Positions 35,304 to 44,917 of a DNA stretch of 64,000 nucleotides are shown here, one piece after another; positions within the stretch are counted from its first letter, which is position 1, and the number at the start of each line of letters is the position of its first letter. Location: positions 1,588-65,587 of the forward strand of contig JAMNZE010000011.1 in assembly GCA_023622465.1 (NCBI GenBank). Reading direction: 5' to 3'. The notes beneath the pieces were generated by a model. It made no database searches and was not told the origin of the DNA. It worked only from the letters and a program-made list of their open reading frames with translations. Position numbers and translations under genes: made by a program. The stretch is from Bacillota bacterium. Lineage in GTDB: Bacteria > Bacillota > UBA994 > UBA5500.

Positions 35304-36446
35304 TTAGCGCCCTCCCCCATCCTTATCGCCCGGTCTGCGGGAACCAAGCAGGTCCCCAAACTCACGGGTGGTAAAAGTGCGCACCTTGCTTGTCAACTCT
35401 TCCCAACTACCAGTGCTCAAGAACATATAAATGGCAGCCCCCAACACGACTAACCCGACTAGCCAGAAGGCGGTGCGGGTACCTACCTGCCCTTCTCGTC
35501 TCTGTCCGGCCACGCTACCAGCAGTACTAGCAGTCAGGTAACGGGCATAGGACTGGGCAAAAAGGTTTGCACTTTTTTCTGCTGCATTGCGACTTTGCTT
35601 GTGGGTTCCCACCTCTACTAATAGGTTGCGGGGGCTCAAATCCTGGTTATAACCACTACGAGCAAAGAAGATTCCTTTTACTAACCCGGGATGCTGTTTA
35701 TCGGTGGCTGCCTTTATTTCTTGCGCAAACTGTTTGTTAGCAGCCATGTTGGGGTTTTGACGCCCCACCACCAGCTGTACCAACACCATTTTTTCTCCGT
35801 TTACTTCTCCCGTGTACTGGCTAGCCGGCACCGCATCACGATGAACGTCGAGCACCGCGTCCGCTTTCTGCAAGAGTTCCTGAGCTGTCCGTCGGGATCG
35901 TTTGTAGGCGGCCGTATCATGGGGGTCATGGCGGGCCTGACTATGAATTACCTTTACCCCCTCCCTTTCCAAGCCCTGAGCCATGGCACTACCCACCTTA
36001 TAAATAGTCCCATTGCCTCGAATACTGCTGGTTCCATCAGTAGGCACATAGGATTCATCACTATGGGTGTGATAGAGTCCCACAGTTACATCTTTAGGAC
36101 CAGTAACCCTATTGGCCAGCATATCGGCCAAGATATCGGCAAAATCGGCACGCAAATCTTCTAATCCGACTTGCTTAACAAAGCGGGCATAGGCTTTATC
36201 TGTACCTTCAACTCGCACCACCTGGTAGAGGCGATCATCGGCGGTCTGATATTCGTCGCCCACCATGACATAACGCCCGGTGACAAAAATGATTTGGCTT
36301 GGGTCGGCCTCATCATAGACGGTACAAAATTGCCCGTCGGCAAACTCATCTAGTTCTTCTTCCATTCCCCAAGCAATATTGCCGCTAGTCGTCAGCGTAA
36401 CAGCCAGCAGGAGTACTATTAAGCAAAAGCGCTTAAGCATCTTCAT
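35304..36446 (-). CDS. spoIIP: Stage II sporulation protein P (amidase/endopeptidase)
   Basis: YHTHSDESY, AY.RSR.T, DVHRDA, YNQDL, LVEVG. Confidence 0.92.
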   Translation of the reverse strand: MKMLKRFCLIVLLLAVTLTTSGNIAWGMEEELDEFADGQFCTVYDEADPSQIIFVTGRYVMVGDEYQTADDRLYQVVRVEGTDKAYARFVKQVGLEDLRADFADILADMLANRVTGPKDVTVGLYHTHSDESYVPTDGTSSIRGNGTIYKVGSAMAQGLEREGVKVIHSQARHDPHDTAAYKRSRRTAQELLQKADAVLDVHRDAVPASQYTGEVNGEKMVLVQLVVGRQNPNMAANKQFAQEIKAATDKQHPGLVKGIFFARSGYNQDLSPRNLLVEVGTHKQSRNAAEKSANLFAQSYARYLTASTAGSVAGQRREGQVGTRTAFWLVGLVVLGAAIYMFLSTGSWEELTSKVRTFTTREFGDLLGSRRPGDKDGGGR

Positions 36447-37132
36447 TTCTCGCCTTCCCCCTTATCTGACTCCGTATTTTCTACCAAACGCAATCGCCTT
36501 GTGGTGGGCTCCGAGGCATGTCCACCGCTCATCTTTTCTCGCGCTTCTCCGATCAATTCCGCCAAACCTACAGCTATTAAAGCGGAGAAAACGATGGTAT
36601 CAAAGATGCCTGCTCCACCAATGGTGGTTGTACCCGCCTGACGATGATAGCTGACTTGAAAGGCGTAAATAAGATCGTTCAGGGCTATAGATAAGATGCC
36701 GGCGATGAAAGAAGCTCGGCGCGAACGCCCTAATAAATAGGCCGTTAGACCAGCAATGATGGCAAAAGCATATGTGGGGTCAATGATAATCTCATGGGGT
36801 TCGGCTGGCAAATAAACGGTCGCAGCGTAGACAAGCGCCGTACTGATGAGGGTAGCCCAAAGGGCTCGCCAGCGCTCGCTGCTTTCATCGGCGGTAAACC
36901 ACAGGTAAAAGGCAAAGCCGATGGGCACTAAGCCACCACCCACATTGATGGCCAACCTATTACCTAGTGGTATGTTGGGCAAGTAAGAACCAAGAAACAT
37001 GGCTCCAAGAAATAACAAAGCTGCGCGATCGTTGAGCCGCATACGGTCTAAGAGACGTTGGGCCACTCCGAAATAGACCAAAATGGTAGCAACTATCAGG
37101 ACTATTGAGCCCAGAGGAAGTCTCATCGCCAA
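36443..37132 (-). CDS. DUF1614 membrane protein
   Basis: AINVGG.LVP and IGGAG.FD motifs; multi-TM. Confidence 0.85.
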   Translation of the reverse strand: MAMRLPLGSIVLIVATILVYFGVAQRLLDRMRLNDRAALLFLGAMFLGSYLPNIPLGNRLAINVGGGLVPIGFAFYLWFTADESSERWRALWATLISTALVYAATVYLPAEPHEIIIDPTYAFAIIAGLTAYLLGRSRRASFIAGILSIALNDLIYAFQVSYHRQAGTTTIGGAGIFDTIVFSALIAVGLAELIGEAREKMSGGHASEPTTRRLRLVENTESDKGEGEK

Positions 37133-37212
37133 ACACTCCTTTCCATAGCTAGCATTCTTAGTCTTTCCCCGTGAAGCCGAGCTTATGAAAGGAGTGCGTT
37201 TGGCAATGTAAT

Positions 37213-37244
37213 AAAAAAGCGCAGAGTGTACTCACTCTGCGCTT
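37213..37244 (-). terminator. Terminator after ispH-rpsA
   Basis: AAGCGCAGAGTG/CACTCTGCGCTT plus T-run. Confidence 0.85.
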
Positions 37245-37264
37245 AATTGCTTCCAGCCAGCTAT

Positions 37265-39433
37265 TTAGTTGTTTTCTGGCTCCTTATCTTCTTGCTGTTC
37301 AAAGAGGTCGCCGAACACATCACCTAATGTGACGCTACCTTCTTCATGATAGTTCTGGCTGCGACCGCCACCCCGTGGGCGACGCTCACCGCCCCCCTGA
37401 TATCTAGGAGCTCTAGGAGCAGCCGGATCACGCATGCTTAGTGAGACGCGGCGTTCTTCCGGGTTAATACTGAGAATGCGAACCTGGACCTCGTCGCCCG
37501 GGTTAACCACATCTTCGGTGCGTTCAACCCTTTCGTTAGACAGCTGGGAGATATGCACTAAACCTTCCACGCCCGGTGTGATTTCTACAAAAGCGCCGAA
37601 AGATACGGTGCGCATAACCTTACCAGGCACCACGTCGCCGGCTTTAAATTGGTTTGCGACTAATGTCCACGGATCGGGTTGGGCTTGTTTTAAGCTAAGG
37701 GAGATGCGCTCCCGCTCCCGGTCTAGGCCTAATACTTTTACTTCAATTTCATCGCCTTCGGACAAGACATCCGATGGATGGTTTACGCGTCCCCAAGACA
37801 GTTCGGAAATATGCACTAGCCCATCCACACCGCCAACATCAACAAAGGCGCCGAAGTCGGTTAGACGCTGCACAGTACCCTTAATAATTTGGCCCTCTTC
37901 CAGGCTTGCCCAGGTAGCTTCGCGGCGAGCAACTTCTTCTTCTTCAATGGCCGCTTTGCGGGAAACAACTAGACGACGGCGATGGTTTTCCATCTCGATA
38001 ATCTTAACATCAACTTCCTGTCCCACATAAGTGCTCAGGTCAGGTACAAAACGTTTATCTACCAGAGAAGCGGGTAAGAAAGCACGTAGATTAAAGAGAT
38101 TTACTATTAAACCACCTTTAACAGCCTCGGTGACTTGGCCACTAACGGTTCTATTCTCAGCAAAAGCTTCTTCTGCCAGTTTCCAGCCCTCTTCCGCGTC
38201 AGCTCGGCGCTTAGAAAGCACCACATTGCCTTCTCGGTTTTCTAGACGTAGCACGACTGCCTTGATTACATCGCCTTCTTTAACTACATCGGCAGGCTGC
38301 ACGTTGGGCAAGTTACTGATTTCGTTAGCCTGGATGATTCCGTCCGACTTATAGCGAATGTCCACGAAGACTTCACTGTCGGTAACGCGGACGACCGTGC
38401 CTTCAACAATTTGGCCGGTACGGATATCAACCATATCTCCAGCCACGTCCTCCATGTTGGTGGGCTCTTCCACCGCTTCGCTTTCCTGCTGCTCGGCGGC
38501 CACCTCTTCGCCCTGGTCGGGAGTTGCGCTTTCAACTTCCTCCGCAGCCGCAGTTAGCTCCTCTTTTTCTAGTGTGCTTTCTTCCATCACTTCGTTTTTG
38601 TTCTCCAAGTTCTCCACAGTAGTGACGACCTCCTTTATAATCCAATCCGGTGTTGAAGCTCCCGCTGTAATACCGACCAACGCACCCGGGCTAAACCAGG
38701 CCGGGTCAATTTCAGCGGCAGTTTCAACATGGTGAGTAGGCGTTCCTATCTCAGAACATAATTGTACCAGATTTCGCGTGTTAGCACTATTATGTCCGCC
38801 CACTACAACCATTATATCTACTTGCTTTGAGAGTTCTATTGCCGCTTGCTGGCGTTCCTTAGTCGCATGACAAATAGTATAACCTACCTGTAAGTCATCT
38901 ACCCGACTACGCAACTCCTGCAATACGGCTTCCCACACATCAAGTTTAGTGGTAGTTTGTGCTACTATAGCCACTCGGTCAGACAAAGGCAGAGCAGCTA
39001 TCTCCTCCGGACCGGTGATCACCAAAGCCAAGCCGCGGGCCCAAGCCTGGGCAGCTTGTACTTCGGGATGGTTGGCATCGCCCACAATCAGCAACTGATA
39101 ACCTTGCTCAATGAAATCGGCTGCTAAACGGAGCAATTTCTTGACATGGGGACAGGTGGCATCGATAACCCGCAGTTGCTTGGCCTCGGCTGCAGCATAA
39201 ACTTCGGGTGCTGCACCGTGGGCCCGTATCAGCAACACAGCTCCATCGGGTATCGCATTGATGTCGGAAACCACCGTCAGTCCCGACTGCTCAAGCCGCA
39301 TCACCTCCTGCGGATTATGCACTAAAGGCCCTAGGGCATAGATCTCTTCTTGGGGCAAAGTGTCCTCGGCAAGTGCGATGGCTCGCTTGACTCCAAAACA
39401 AAATCCACTGGCAGCTGCAATCCGCACCTTCAT
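37265..39433 (-). CDS. ispH: Bifunctional IspH / 30S ribosomal protein S1
   Basis: GFCFGV, DATCP, TICHAT, GASTP followed by an acidic linker and four S1 repeats. Confidence 0.95.
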   Translation of the reverse strand: MKVRIAAASGFCFGVKRAIALAEDTLPQEEIYALGPLVHNPQEVMRLEQSGLTVVSDINAIPDGAVLLIRAHGAAPEVYAAAEAKQLRVIDATCPHVKKLLRLAADFIEQGYQLLIVGDANHPEVQAAQAWARGLALVITGPEEIAALPLSDRVAIVAQTTTKLDVWEAVLQELRSRVDDLQVGYTICHATKERQQAAIELSKQVDIMVVVGGHNSANTRNLVQLCSEIGTPTHHVETAAEIDPAWFSPGALVGITAGASTPDWIIKEVVTTVENLENKNEVMEESTLEKEELTAAAEEVESATPDQGEEVAAEQQESEAVEEPTNMEDVAGDMVDIRTGQIVEGTVVRVTDSEVFVDIRYKSDGIIQANEISNLPNVQPADVVKEGDVIKAVVLRLENREGNVVLSKRRADAEEGWKLAEEAFAENRTVSGQVTEAVKGGLIVNLFNLRAFLPASLVDKRFVPDLSTYVGQEVDVKIIEMENHRRRLVVSRKAAIEEEEVARREATWASLEEGQIIKGTVQRLTDFGAFVDVGGVDGLVHISELSWGRVNHPSDVLSEGDEIEVKVLGLDRERERISLSLKQAQPDPWTLVANQFKAGDVVPGKVMRTVSFGAFVEITPGVEGLVHISQLSNERVERTEDVVNPGDEVQVRILSINPEERRVSLSMRDPAAPRAPRYQGGGERRPRGGGRSQNYHEEGSVTLGDVFGDLFEQQEDKEPENN

Positions 39434-39439
39434 CTGCTG

Positions 39440-40039
39440 CTAATTCCCCTCTCTACATTCGTCCAATAAGGCGGTAATTCTTTGCATGATCAGCTCGGTA
39501 CCCTGAGCCCGCTCTTCCGCTGTGGGCTTGCCGGCCATCGCACATTCGATGCGAATTGGTTCACCCACATTAACATGAAAAACACTGCCCAGACGATACC
39601 GACCGTATAAGGCTACTGGCACGATTGGCACTTGGGCCCGGGCCGCTAATAACGCAGTACCCTCGAAACCAGCTTGTACCTCTCCGGTTTTGCTACGAGT
39701 TCCTTCGGGGAAAATGCCTAACACTTGACCTTGAGCGAGCACTTTCAACGCCCGTCGAATAGCTTGAATATCAGCTTTTCCTCGCTTGACAGGAAAAGAG
39801 CCCACATGCCTTGCTAACCATCCCAAAATCGGTGAATGCATCAGTTCTTCTTTTGCCATAAAGCTAACATGCTGGGGCACGATAATAGCCACCATGACTG
39901 GGTCAAGGGCATGAATATGATTTGCTGCTATGATAAAAGGGCCATCTTCAGGTATGTTTTCTAGTCCTCGCGGGCGAAACCGTAGGAGACGGGGGACTAA
40001 CCAAACTAAAATCTGGCGCAAAAAGCGGTAAAGACCCAT
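39440..40039 (-). CDS. plsC: 1-acyl-sn-glycerol-3-phosphate acyltransferase
   Basis: NH....D and FPEGTRS; start ATG 40039. Confidence 0.92.
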   Translation of the reverse strand: MGLYRFLRQILVWLVPRLLRFRPRGLENIPEDGPFIIAANHIHALDPVMVAIIVPQHVSFMAKEELMHSPILGWLARHVGSFPVKRGKADIQAIRRALKVLAQGQVLGIFPEGTRSKTGEVQAGFEGTALLAARAQVPIVPVALYGRYRLGSVFHVNVGEPIRIECAMAGKPTAEERAQGTELIMQRITALLDECREGN

Positions 40040-40040
40040 T

Positions 40041-40724
40041 TTACTCCCCCAGGTCCAAACAAACCTGTCTGGCATGCCCAATGACTAGATCTACAACCTG
40101 TGACAAAGATAGCCCCGTGGTATCAATTACAATCGCATCTTCGGCTATGCAAAGCGGCGAATGCTCGCGTGACGAATCCTTATGATCACGCTCCGCCAAA
40201 GATTGCATCATTTGCGGTAACAGACTCAAGTCCTGGCCAAGCTCCTTCAACCTTCTCACGGCTCGTTCCTCTAGGCTGGCGGTCAGAAAGATCTTCAGCG
40301 GCGCAGTCGGCATGACGGCCGTACCTATGTCACGGCCATCCATGATTACGCCCTTGCCGCTGCCTAAAGCTCTTTGTTTCTGCCGTAATACCCTTCGCAC
40401 TTCCTCATAACTGGCAACTAAAGAGACCTGCTGAGTAACCTCAGGGGAACGAATTGCCGGTGGCAAAGGTTTGCCGTCCATAAAGAGTTCCCGTACCCCT
40501 TCCTGATTACCCCAACTGAATTGGGTGTTTTCTGCCAGCTTGCTAAGGGCATCCACGTCAGTTAGTGGCACCCGTGACTCTAGCGCTTTCCAGGTGATAG
40601 CACGGTACATCGCTCCCGTATCCAGATAGGCGATTCCTAAAGCTTGGGCTACCGCACGTGCCACAGAGCTCTTACCGGCGCCAGCCGGCCCGTCGATAGC
40701 AATATTCAGTTGGCACGGTAGCAA
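40041..40724 (-). CDS. cmk: Cytidylate kinase
   Basis: IAIDGPAGAGKSS, DTGAMYRA, DGRDIGT. Confidence 0.96.
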   Translation of the reverse strand: MLPCQLNIAIDGPAGAGKSSVARAVAQALGIAYLDTGAMYRAITWKALESRVPLTDVDALSKLAENTQFSWGNQEGVRELFMDGKPLPPAIRSPEVTQQVSLVASYEEVRRVLRQKQRALGSGKGVIMDGRDIGTAVMPTAPLKIFLTASLEERAVRRLKELGQDLSLLPQMMQSLAERDHKDSSREHSPLCIAEDAIVIDTTGLSLSQVVDLVIGHARQVCLDLGE

Positions 40725-40764
40725 AATTCATTCCTCCATTAAGGCAAGTAGTAGGCTATGCATT

Positions 40765-40791
40765 ATTCGACGACAACAAGCACTTTCCTTT
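40765..40791 (-). promoter_or_regulatory. SigH-type promoter of cmk
   Basis: AAAGGA-17-GAAT (GTCGAAT -10). Confidence 0.55.
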
Positions 40792-40903
40792 TAATTCATG
40801 TTGCTAACGGCGAAAGTTGCATAGCAATCAAACCTATTATACCACAACCTGCTAAACAAGGGGCTGTCAGCGATAACTTCTTAACAGAAATGATCCTCAA
40901 CTA

Positions 40904-41260
40904 TTAGGATGCCCAGTCGGGTCTCAGCCTTTTTGCCTCCCCCAAGTACACATGCTGCACTTCATGAGGAGCATGGGGGCGATCGACAAACATGAGGACA
41001 CGAATAGTCCTAGCTAAAGCCCCAGGCACATCCATTTCTACCGCATCCAGCAAAGCGACTTGTGTCAATCCCAGGCCACGGGCCGCCGCTGCTGGAAAGG
41101 CCGCATTCAAGTCGGGGGTAGCAGTAAAAATAATACTAATAATTTCCTGGGCCTCTAGCCGGTTGGCGGTCATTATCTCCTCTAGCAACAATGCCGCTTG
41201 CTTTAGTATTTCTGTTTTCTCGTTCTTCTCAACGGTTATCGCACCTCTAATTGCCTGCAC
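40904..41260 (-). CDS. aroH: Chorismate mutase, AroH class
   Basis: AIRGAIT, FT.T.DL.A.FPA.AAR, HVYL..A..LRPD; likely GTG start at 41260 (AAGGAG RBS). Confidence 0.92.
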   Translation of the reverse strand: MQAIRGAITVEKNEKTEILKQAALLLEEIMTANRLEAQEIISIIFTATPDLNAAFPAAAARGLGLTQVALLDAVEMDVPGALARTIRVLMFVDRPHAPHEVQHVYLGEAKRLRPDWAS

Positions 41261-42173
41261 TGGGTACAGCTCCTTCTGCATTTTCTTCTGATGCAAGTTC
41301 TAAATAATCTAGTAGACGTTCAGCCTGGGTAAAAACATCATGCCAAGCCACCTGGTCGGGTGACCAGGCAACAGGAACCAGTCGGGGCCAATTTTCTGGC
41401 TCCGCCCCACTAATCCGGAACTGCTTTTCCAGTTCGGGAAAAAGCGTTTCCGGAGCCAAAATTACCTGCGGGTTAAGAACAAGAATATCGGCGGGACTTA
41501 GTGTAGGATACCTATTTAACACAGCCGCCGCGTTATCCACACCCACAAGGGCCAGCAAATCATCCTCTAAGGTGTTTCTGCCGGCAATGGTAAACTGTTC
41601 GTCCACTACCCATAGTACGCGCAGCCCAGCCCCTAACGTTTCCTTGGCCCGACTAAGAAACTCGGTCCTATCCTTTTCCAACAATCTTAAGGTCTGGGCT
41701 GCTTGCTGCTCAGCAACTAATACGGTTGCGAGCCTTTCTGGCCAAACCATCAGGCTGTTAAGGCGGTTAAGTCTTACTAGGAGGGCAGGAAAGCCGTAGG
41801 CGCGCAACTCCTTAACCAACGACTCCTGCTGAGCACCAGCTATGACCAAGTCGGGCCGGGTGGCAGCTATCTGGGCAACATTTACTTCCGCCGCCGGTCC
41901 TAAGTTTTCCGCCGCTGGAAATAAAGATGCCAGATTCTCCGCACAAGCAACAACCAAATTTCCCCTTTGCCAGCTGTGCATCAGTTGGCCCATCCCTGGC
42001 TCCAATACTACTACCCGCTGCGGGGGATGCAAAAGCTGGGTTTCTGTATTCGTGTCATCATTAACCACTAATACCTGCGGCCGTTGTTGATACTCGACGG
42101 CCACCACGGCCACTGTTGTTAAGATAAAGAACAAAGCAAGGCCAATTAGCAAAACTCGCTTCCACATAAGCAC
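41247..42173 (-). CDS. Helical-backbone (BtuF/Fe-siderophore-like) substrate-binding protein, divergent
   Basis: PPQRVV.L.P, I.A..PDLVIA, AG..T..DDLL..G..N, I..LNP.VI pattern; N-terminal TM anchor. Confidence 0.7.
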   Translation of the reverse strand: MLMWKRVLLIGLALFFILTTVAVVAVEYQQRPQVLVVNDDTNTETQLLHPPQRVVVLEPGMGQLMHSWQRGNLVVACAENLASLFPAAENLGPAAEVNVAQIAATRPDLVIAGAQQESLVKELRAYGFPALLVRLNRLNSLMVWPERLATVLVAEQQAAQTLRLLEKDRTEFLSRAKETLGAGLRVLWVVDEQFTIAGRNTLEDDLLALVGVDNAAAVLNRYPTLSPADILVLNPQVILAPETLFPELEKQFRISGAEPENWPRLVPVAWSPDQVAWHDVFTQAERLLDYLELASEENAEGAVPSAGN

Positions 42174-42178
42174 CCCTA

Positions 42179-42457
42179 CTAATGGCGAGGATTTGCCTGT
42201 ACTGTTCGCACAGCATTGAGCAGAGCGAAAAGGATATCAACCTTAAACTGCTGATTTAGGGCAGATGTACGCACGTAGGCTTCTCCCTGATCACACACTA
42301 CATAACGGGGAGGTAACTGGTTGAGAGCTAAAGCCATGATGTCTAGCAGGCAGCGCTCACAAGTACAAATCCGCTCTATCCCGTGTTTCTCCGGCTTCTC
42401 CAGTATTTCCGCCAAGGTTGACTTGACGACCATTTCCATGGCATTCCTTATCTGCAT
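42179..42457 (-). CDS. ComFB family protein
   Basis: N.ME..V, CTCERC..DI.ALALN.LPPRYVV, V..NPRH; alternative GTG start at 42481. Confidence 0.9.
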   Translation of the reverse strand: MQIRNAMEMVVKSTLAEILEKPEKHGIERICTCERCLLDIMALALNQLPPRYVVCDQGEAYVRTSALNQQFKVDILFALLNAVRTVQANPRH

Positions 42458-42477
42458 GGGCTCCCGCCTCTCTTTCT

Positions 42478-43197
42478 TCACATTCCCGCCAGTCGCCTAA
42501 GCTGGTCCACTTCCTTACTCTGTAAAGGGCGCCACTGGCCCACAGGCAAATCACCCAACTTCAATCCACCAAAAGCTACTCGACGCAAATTTATTACCGG
42601 ATGGCCTATGGCAGCACACATGCGCCTCACCTGCCGATTACGGCCTTCATGAATTGTAATAGCCAACCAACTACCCGCTTTGCTTTTCCTAAGTAGGGAA
42701 ACTTGGGCCGGGGCCGTAGGTCCATCCTCCAAAACTAAACCATTAGCCATCCGGGCCAGCTGTTGGTCGGAAGGATACCCCTGCACCAACGCATGGTAGG
42801 TCTTGTCCACCTCAAACTTGGGGTGAGTAAGCGCATAGGTTAACTCCCCATCATTAGTTAACAGCAGTAGACCTTCCGTGTCCATATCCAACCTACCCAC
42901 CGGATAGACCCGTACCGGTAACTGGGGTAGCATGTCTAAAACGGTGGGACGGCCATGGGTATCGGTAACAGTGGTCACCACACCTTTGGGTTTATTCATC
43001 ATAAGGTAAAGAATTTCCTGCTTGGGCACGATTGTCTTTCCCCGCCAAGTGACCTGATCCCGGTGGGGGTCGATCTTACATCCCAACTGGGCCACTTGGC
43101 CATTGACTAGCACCTCACCGTTACGGATCAGCTCCTCGGCTTGCCGCCGCGATGCCACACCGGCCCGAGCTAAATATTTTTGCAGACGCTCTTGCAT
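42478..43197 (-). CDS. rluB: 23S rRNA pseudouridine synthase
   Basis: S4 domain [32 protein letters not shown]. Confidence 0.93.
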   Translation of the reverse strand: MQERLQKYLARAGVASRRQAEELIRNGEVLVNGQVAQLGCKIDPHRDQVTWRGKTIVPKQEILYLMMNKPKGVVTTVTDTHGRPTVLDMLPQLPVRVYPVGRLDMDTEGLLLLTNDGELTYALTHPKFEVDKTYHALVQGYPSDQQLARMANGLVLEDGPTAPAQVSLLRKSKAGSWLAITIHEGRNRQVRRMCAAIGHPVINLRRVAFGGLKLGDLPVGQWRPLQSKEVDQLRRLAGM

Positions 43198-43261
43198 TTT
43201 ACCTCCATCCTAACTACATAAAGAAGGCGGGTCACCGCCCGCCCTTTGGTATAAATCTAAT

Positions 43262-43717
43262 TTACTCAACCTCTACAATCATTTCAACTTCCACCGCAAC
43301 GCCCAGCGGGAGGCTGGACATGCCGACGGCGGCGCGAGCATGCTTGCCCTGTTCCCCAAAGATCTCCTGCAAGAGTTCCGATGCACCATTAATGACCTTG
43401 GGGTGATCGGTAAACTCGGGGGTAGCTGCTACGTAGCCGGTCACTTTAACAACGCGCACAACGCGATCTAAACTGCCGACTAAACTCTTTACCGCCCCCA
43501 GACAGTTGATGGCACACAGACGGGCAGCCCGATAGCCATCTTCCACACCTAGATCTTTACCTAGTGTACCCTTAACCAATTGTCCATTTTCGCTGGGCAG
43601 TTGGCCGGAAACATATACTAAGTTGCCACTTTGCACGGCAGGTATATAGGCAGCCGCCGGGGTCGCCGCTGGGGGAATAGTTAAACCTAGTTCTTTGATT
43701 CTTGCTTCAAATGACAT
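43262..43717 (-). CDS. RidA/YjgF superfamily protein
   Basis: Y.SGQLP, NGASEL, HARAAVG..SLP; start ATG 43717. Confidence 0.9.
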   Translation of the reverse strand: MSFEARIKELGLTIPPAATPAAAYIPAVQSGNLVYVSGQLPSENGQLVKGTLGKDLGVEDGYRAARLCAINCLGAVKSLVGSLDRVVRVVKVTGYVAATPEFTDHPKVINGASELLQEIFGEQGKHARAAVGMSSLPLGVAVEVEMIVEVE

Positions 43718-43753
43718 AAAAGTACCTCCCTTATATTTGAGTCCACTGCACCT

Positions 43754-43781
43754 ATTCTGCCCCAAATAGGGTTTTTCCTGC
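43754..43781 (-). promoter_or_regulatory. SigH-type promoter of the RidA-family gene
   Basis: GCAGGA-18-GAAT. Confidence 0.55.
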
Positions 43782-43784
43782 CAA

Positions 43785-44315
43785 CTAACTTATAAGGATT
43801 TTACAGAGTAACAGGGAGGCCAACATGGCGGTGAAATCGGCAATAAGACCGGCGGAAAGGGAATGGCGAATATTCTTGATCCCCACGGCGCCAAAGTAAA
43901 CGGTGAGAATAAATAGGGTGGTATCGGTGCTACCCTGCATAGTGGACGCTACTAAGCCAATAAAAGAATCGGGGCCATGCCTCCGCAAAACGTCGGCCGT
44001 GACTGCTAGGGCGCCGCTGTTACTCATGGGACGCAATAAGGCTATGGGCAGAGTTTCAACGGGCCAACCCAGGCGTCCTAGAATGGGGGTCAAAAGGTTG
44101 GTTAGTGCATCCATCGCTCCTGAGGCACTTAACACTTCAATGGCTATTAACATGGAAACCAAGAAGGGTAACAACCGCAAGGTTACTTGTAGGCCTTCTT
44201 TAGAGCCCTCTATAAATTCGTCGAAAACGGGCACCTTTTTAACCCATCCGGCCAACAGAACCGATGCCACAAATAGGGGAATCAGCCACGCACTCAGGAC
44301 AGATATGATCGTCAT
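43785..44315 (-). CDS. spmB: Spore maturation protein B
   Basis: F.EG.KEG, RP.S.SG, GPDS..G..AS.MQGSTDTT; ATGA overlap with spmA. Confidence 0.94.
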   Translation of the reverse strand: MTIISVLSAWLIPLFVASVLLAGWVKKVPVFDEFIEGSKEGLQVTLRLLPFLVSMLIAIEVLSASGAMDALTNLLTPILGRLGWPVETLPIALLRPMSNSGALAVTADVLRRHGPDSFIGLVASTMQGSTDTTLFILTVYFGAVGIKNIRHSLSAGLIADFTAMLASLLLCKILIS

Positions 44316-44917
44316 CGGCGCCCACCTCGCTGGCGGCGGGAGCGGTTCAATTTTCGGAAGGTATAGTCGGCGATTAAACCGGCTATGGTGGCTGCCAGTC
44401 CAGCTAACAGGCTCACCGCCACCGTGGCCGTCGGATCTTGGGAACCATAAGCCGCCCGCAAAGCAATGACCGAGGAAGGTATGATGGTCATCCCCGCCGT
44501 GTTGAGCACCAAAAAGGTGCACATGGCATCGGTAGCCGTGTCTTTATCCGGATTGGTCTCTTGCATAGCGTGCATAGCTTTGAGCCCAAAGGGAGTAGCC
44601 GCATTACCTAGGCCTAGCAAATTGGCAGCAAAGTTAAGCGCGATATGCCTTAACGCCTCCGGGTTACGCCGTAGTGAGGGAAACAGGGGGCGCATGAGAG
44701 GAGCTAAGATCCGGGCCAACGTTCCCAACAAACCGGCCCTTTCCGCTACCCGCGCCAGCCCCATCCAGAAACTAAGTACCGCCAGCAGAGCTAAACTGAG
44801 GGTGATAGCCTGTTCCCCACCGCTAACGATAGCATTTGCCACCACTTCGATGCGACCACCGACGGCGGCTGCTAGAATGCCGCCGAGAATCATGACTAAC
44901 CAGACTACATTCATCAT
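44312..44917 (-). CDS. spmA: Spore maturation protein A
   Basis: ANLLGLGNAATPFGLKAM, FLVLNT. Confidence 0.95.
   Translation of the reverse strand: MMNVVWLVMILGGILAAAVGGRIEVVANAIVSGGEQAITLSLALLAVLSFWMGLARVAERAGLLGTLARILAPLMRPLFPSLRRNPEALRHIALNFAANLLGLGNAATPFGLKAMHAMQETNPDKDTATDAMCTFLVLNTAGMTIIPSSVIALRAAYGSQDPTATVAVSLLAGLAATIAGLIADYTFRKLNRSRRQRGGRR

Noticed and set aside
37265..39433. IspH-S1 fusion as a novelty
   Set aside because: Well-known fusion in clostridia-like Firmicutes.
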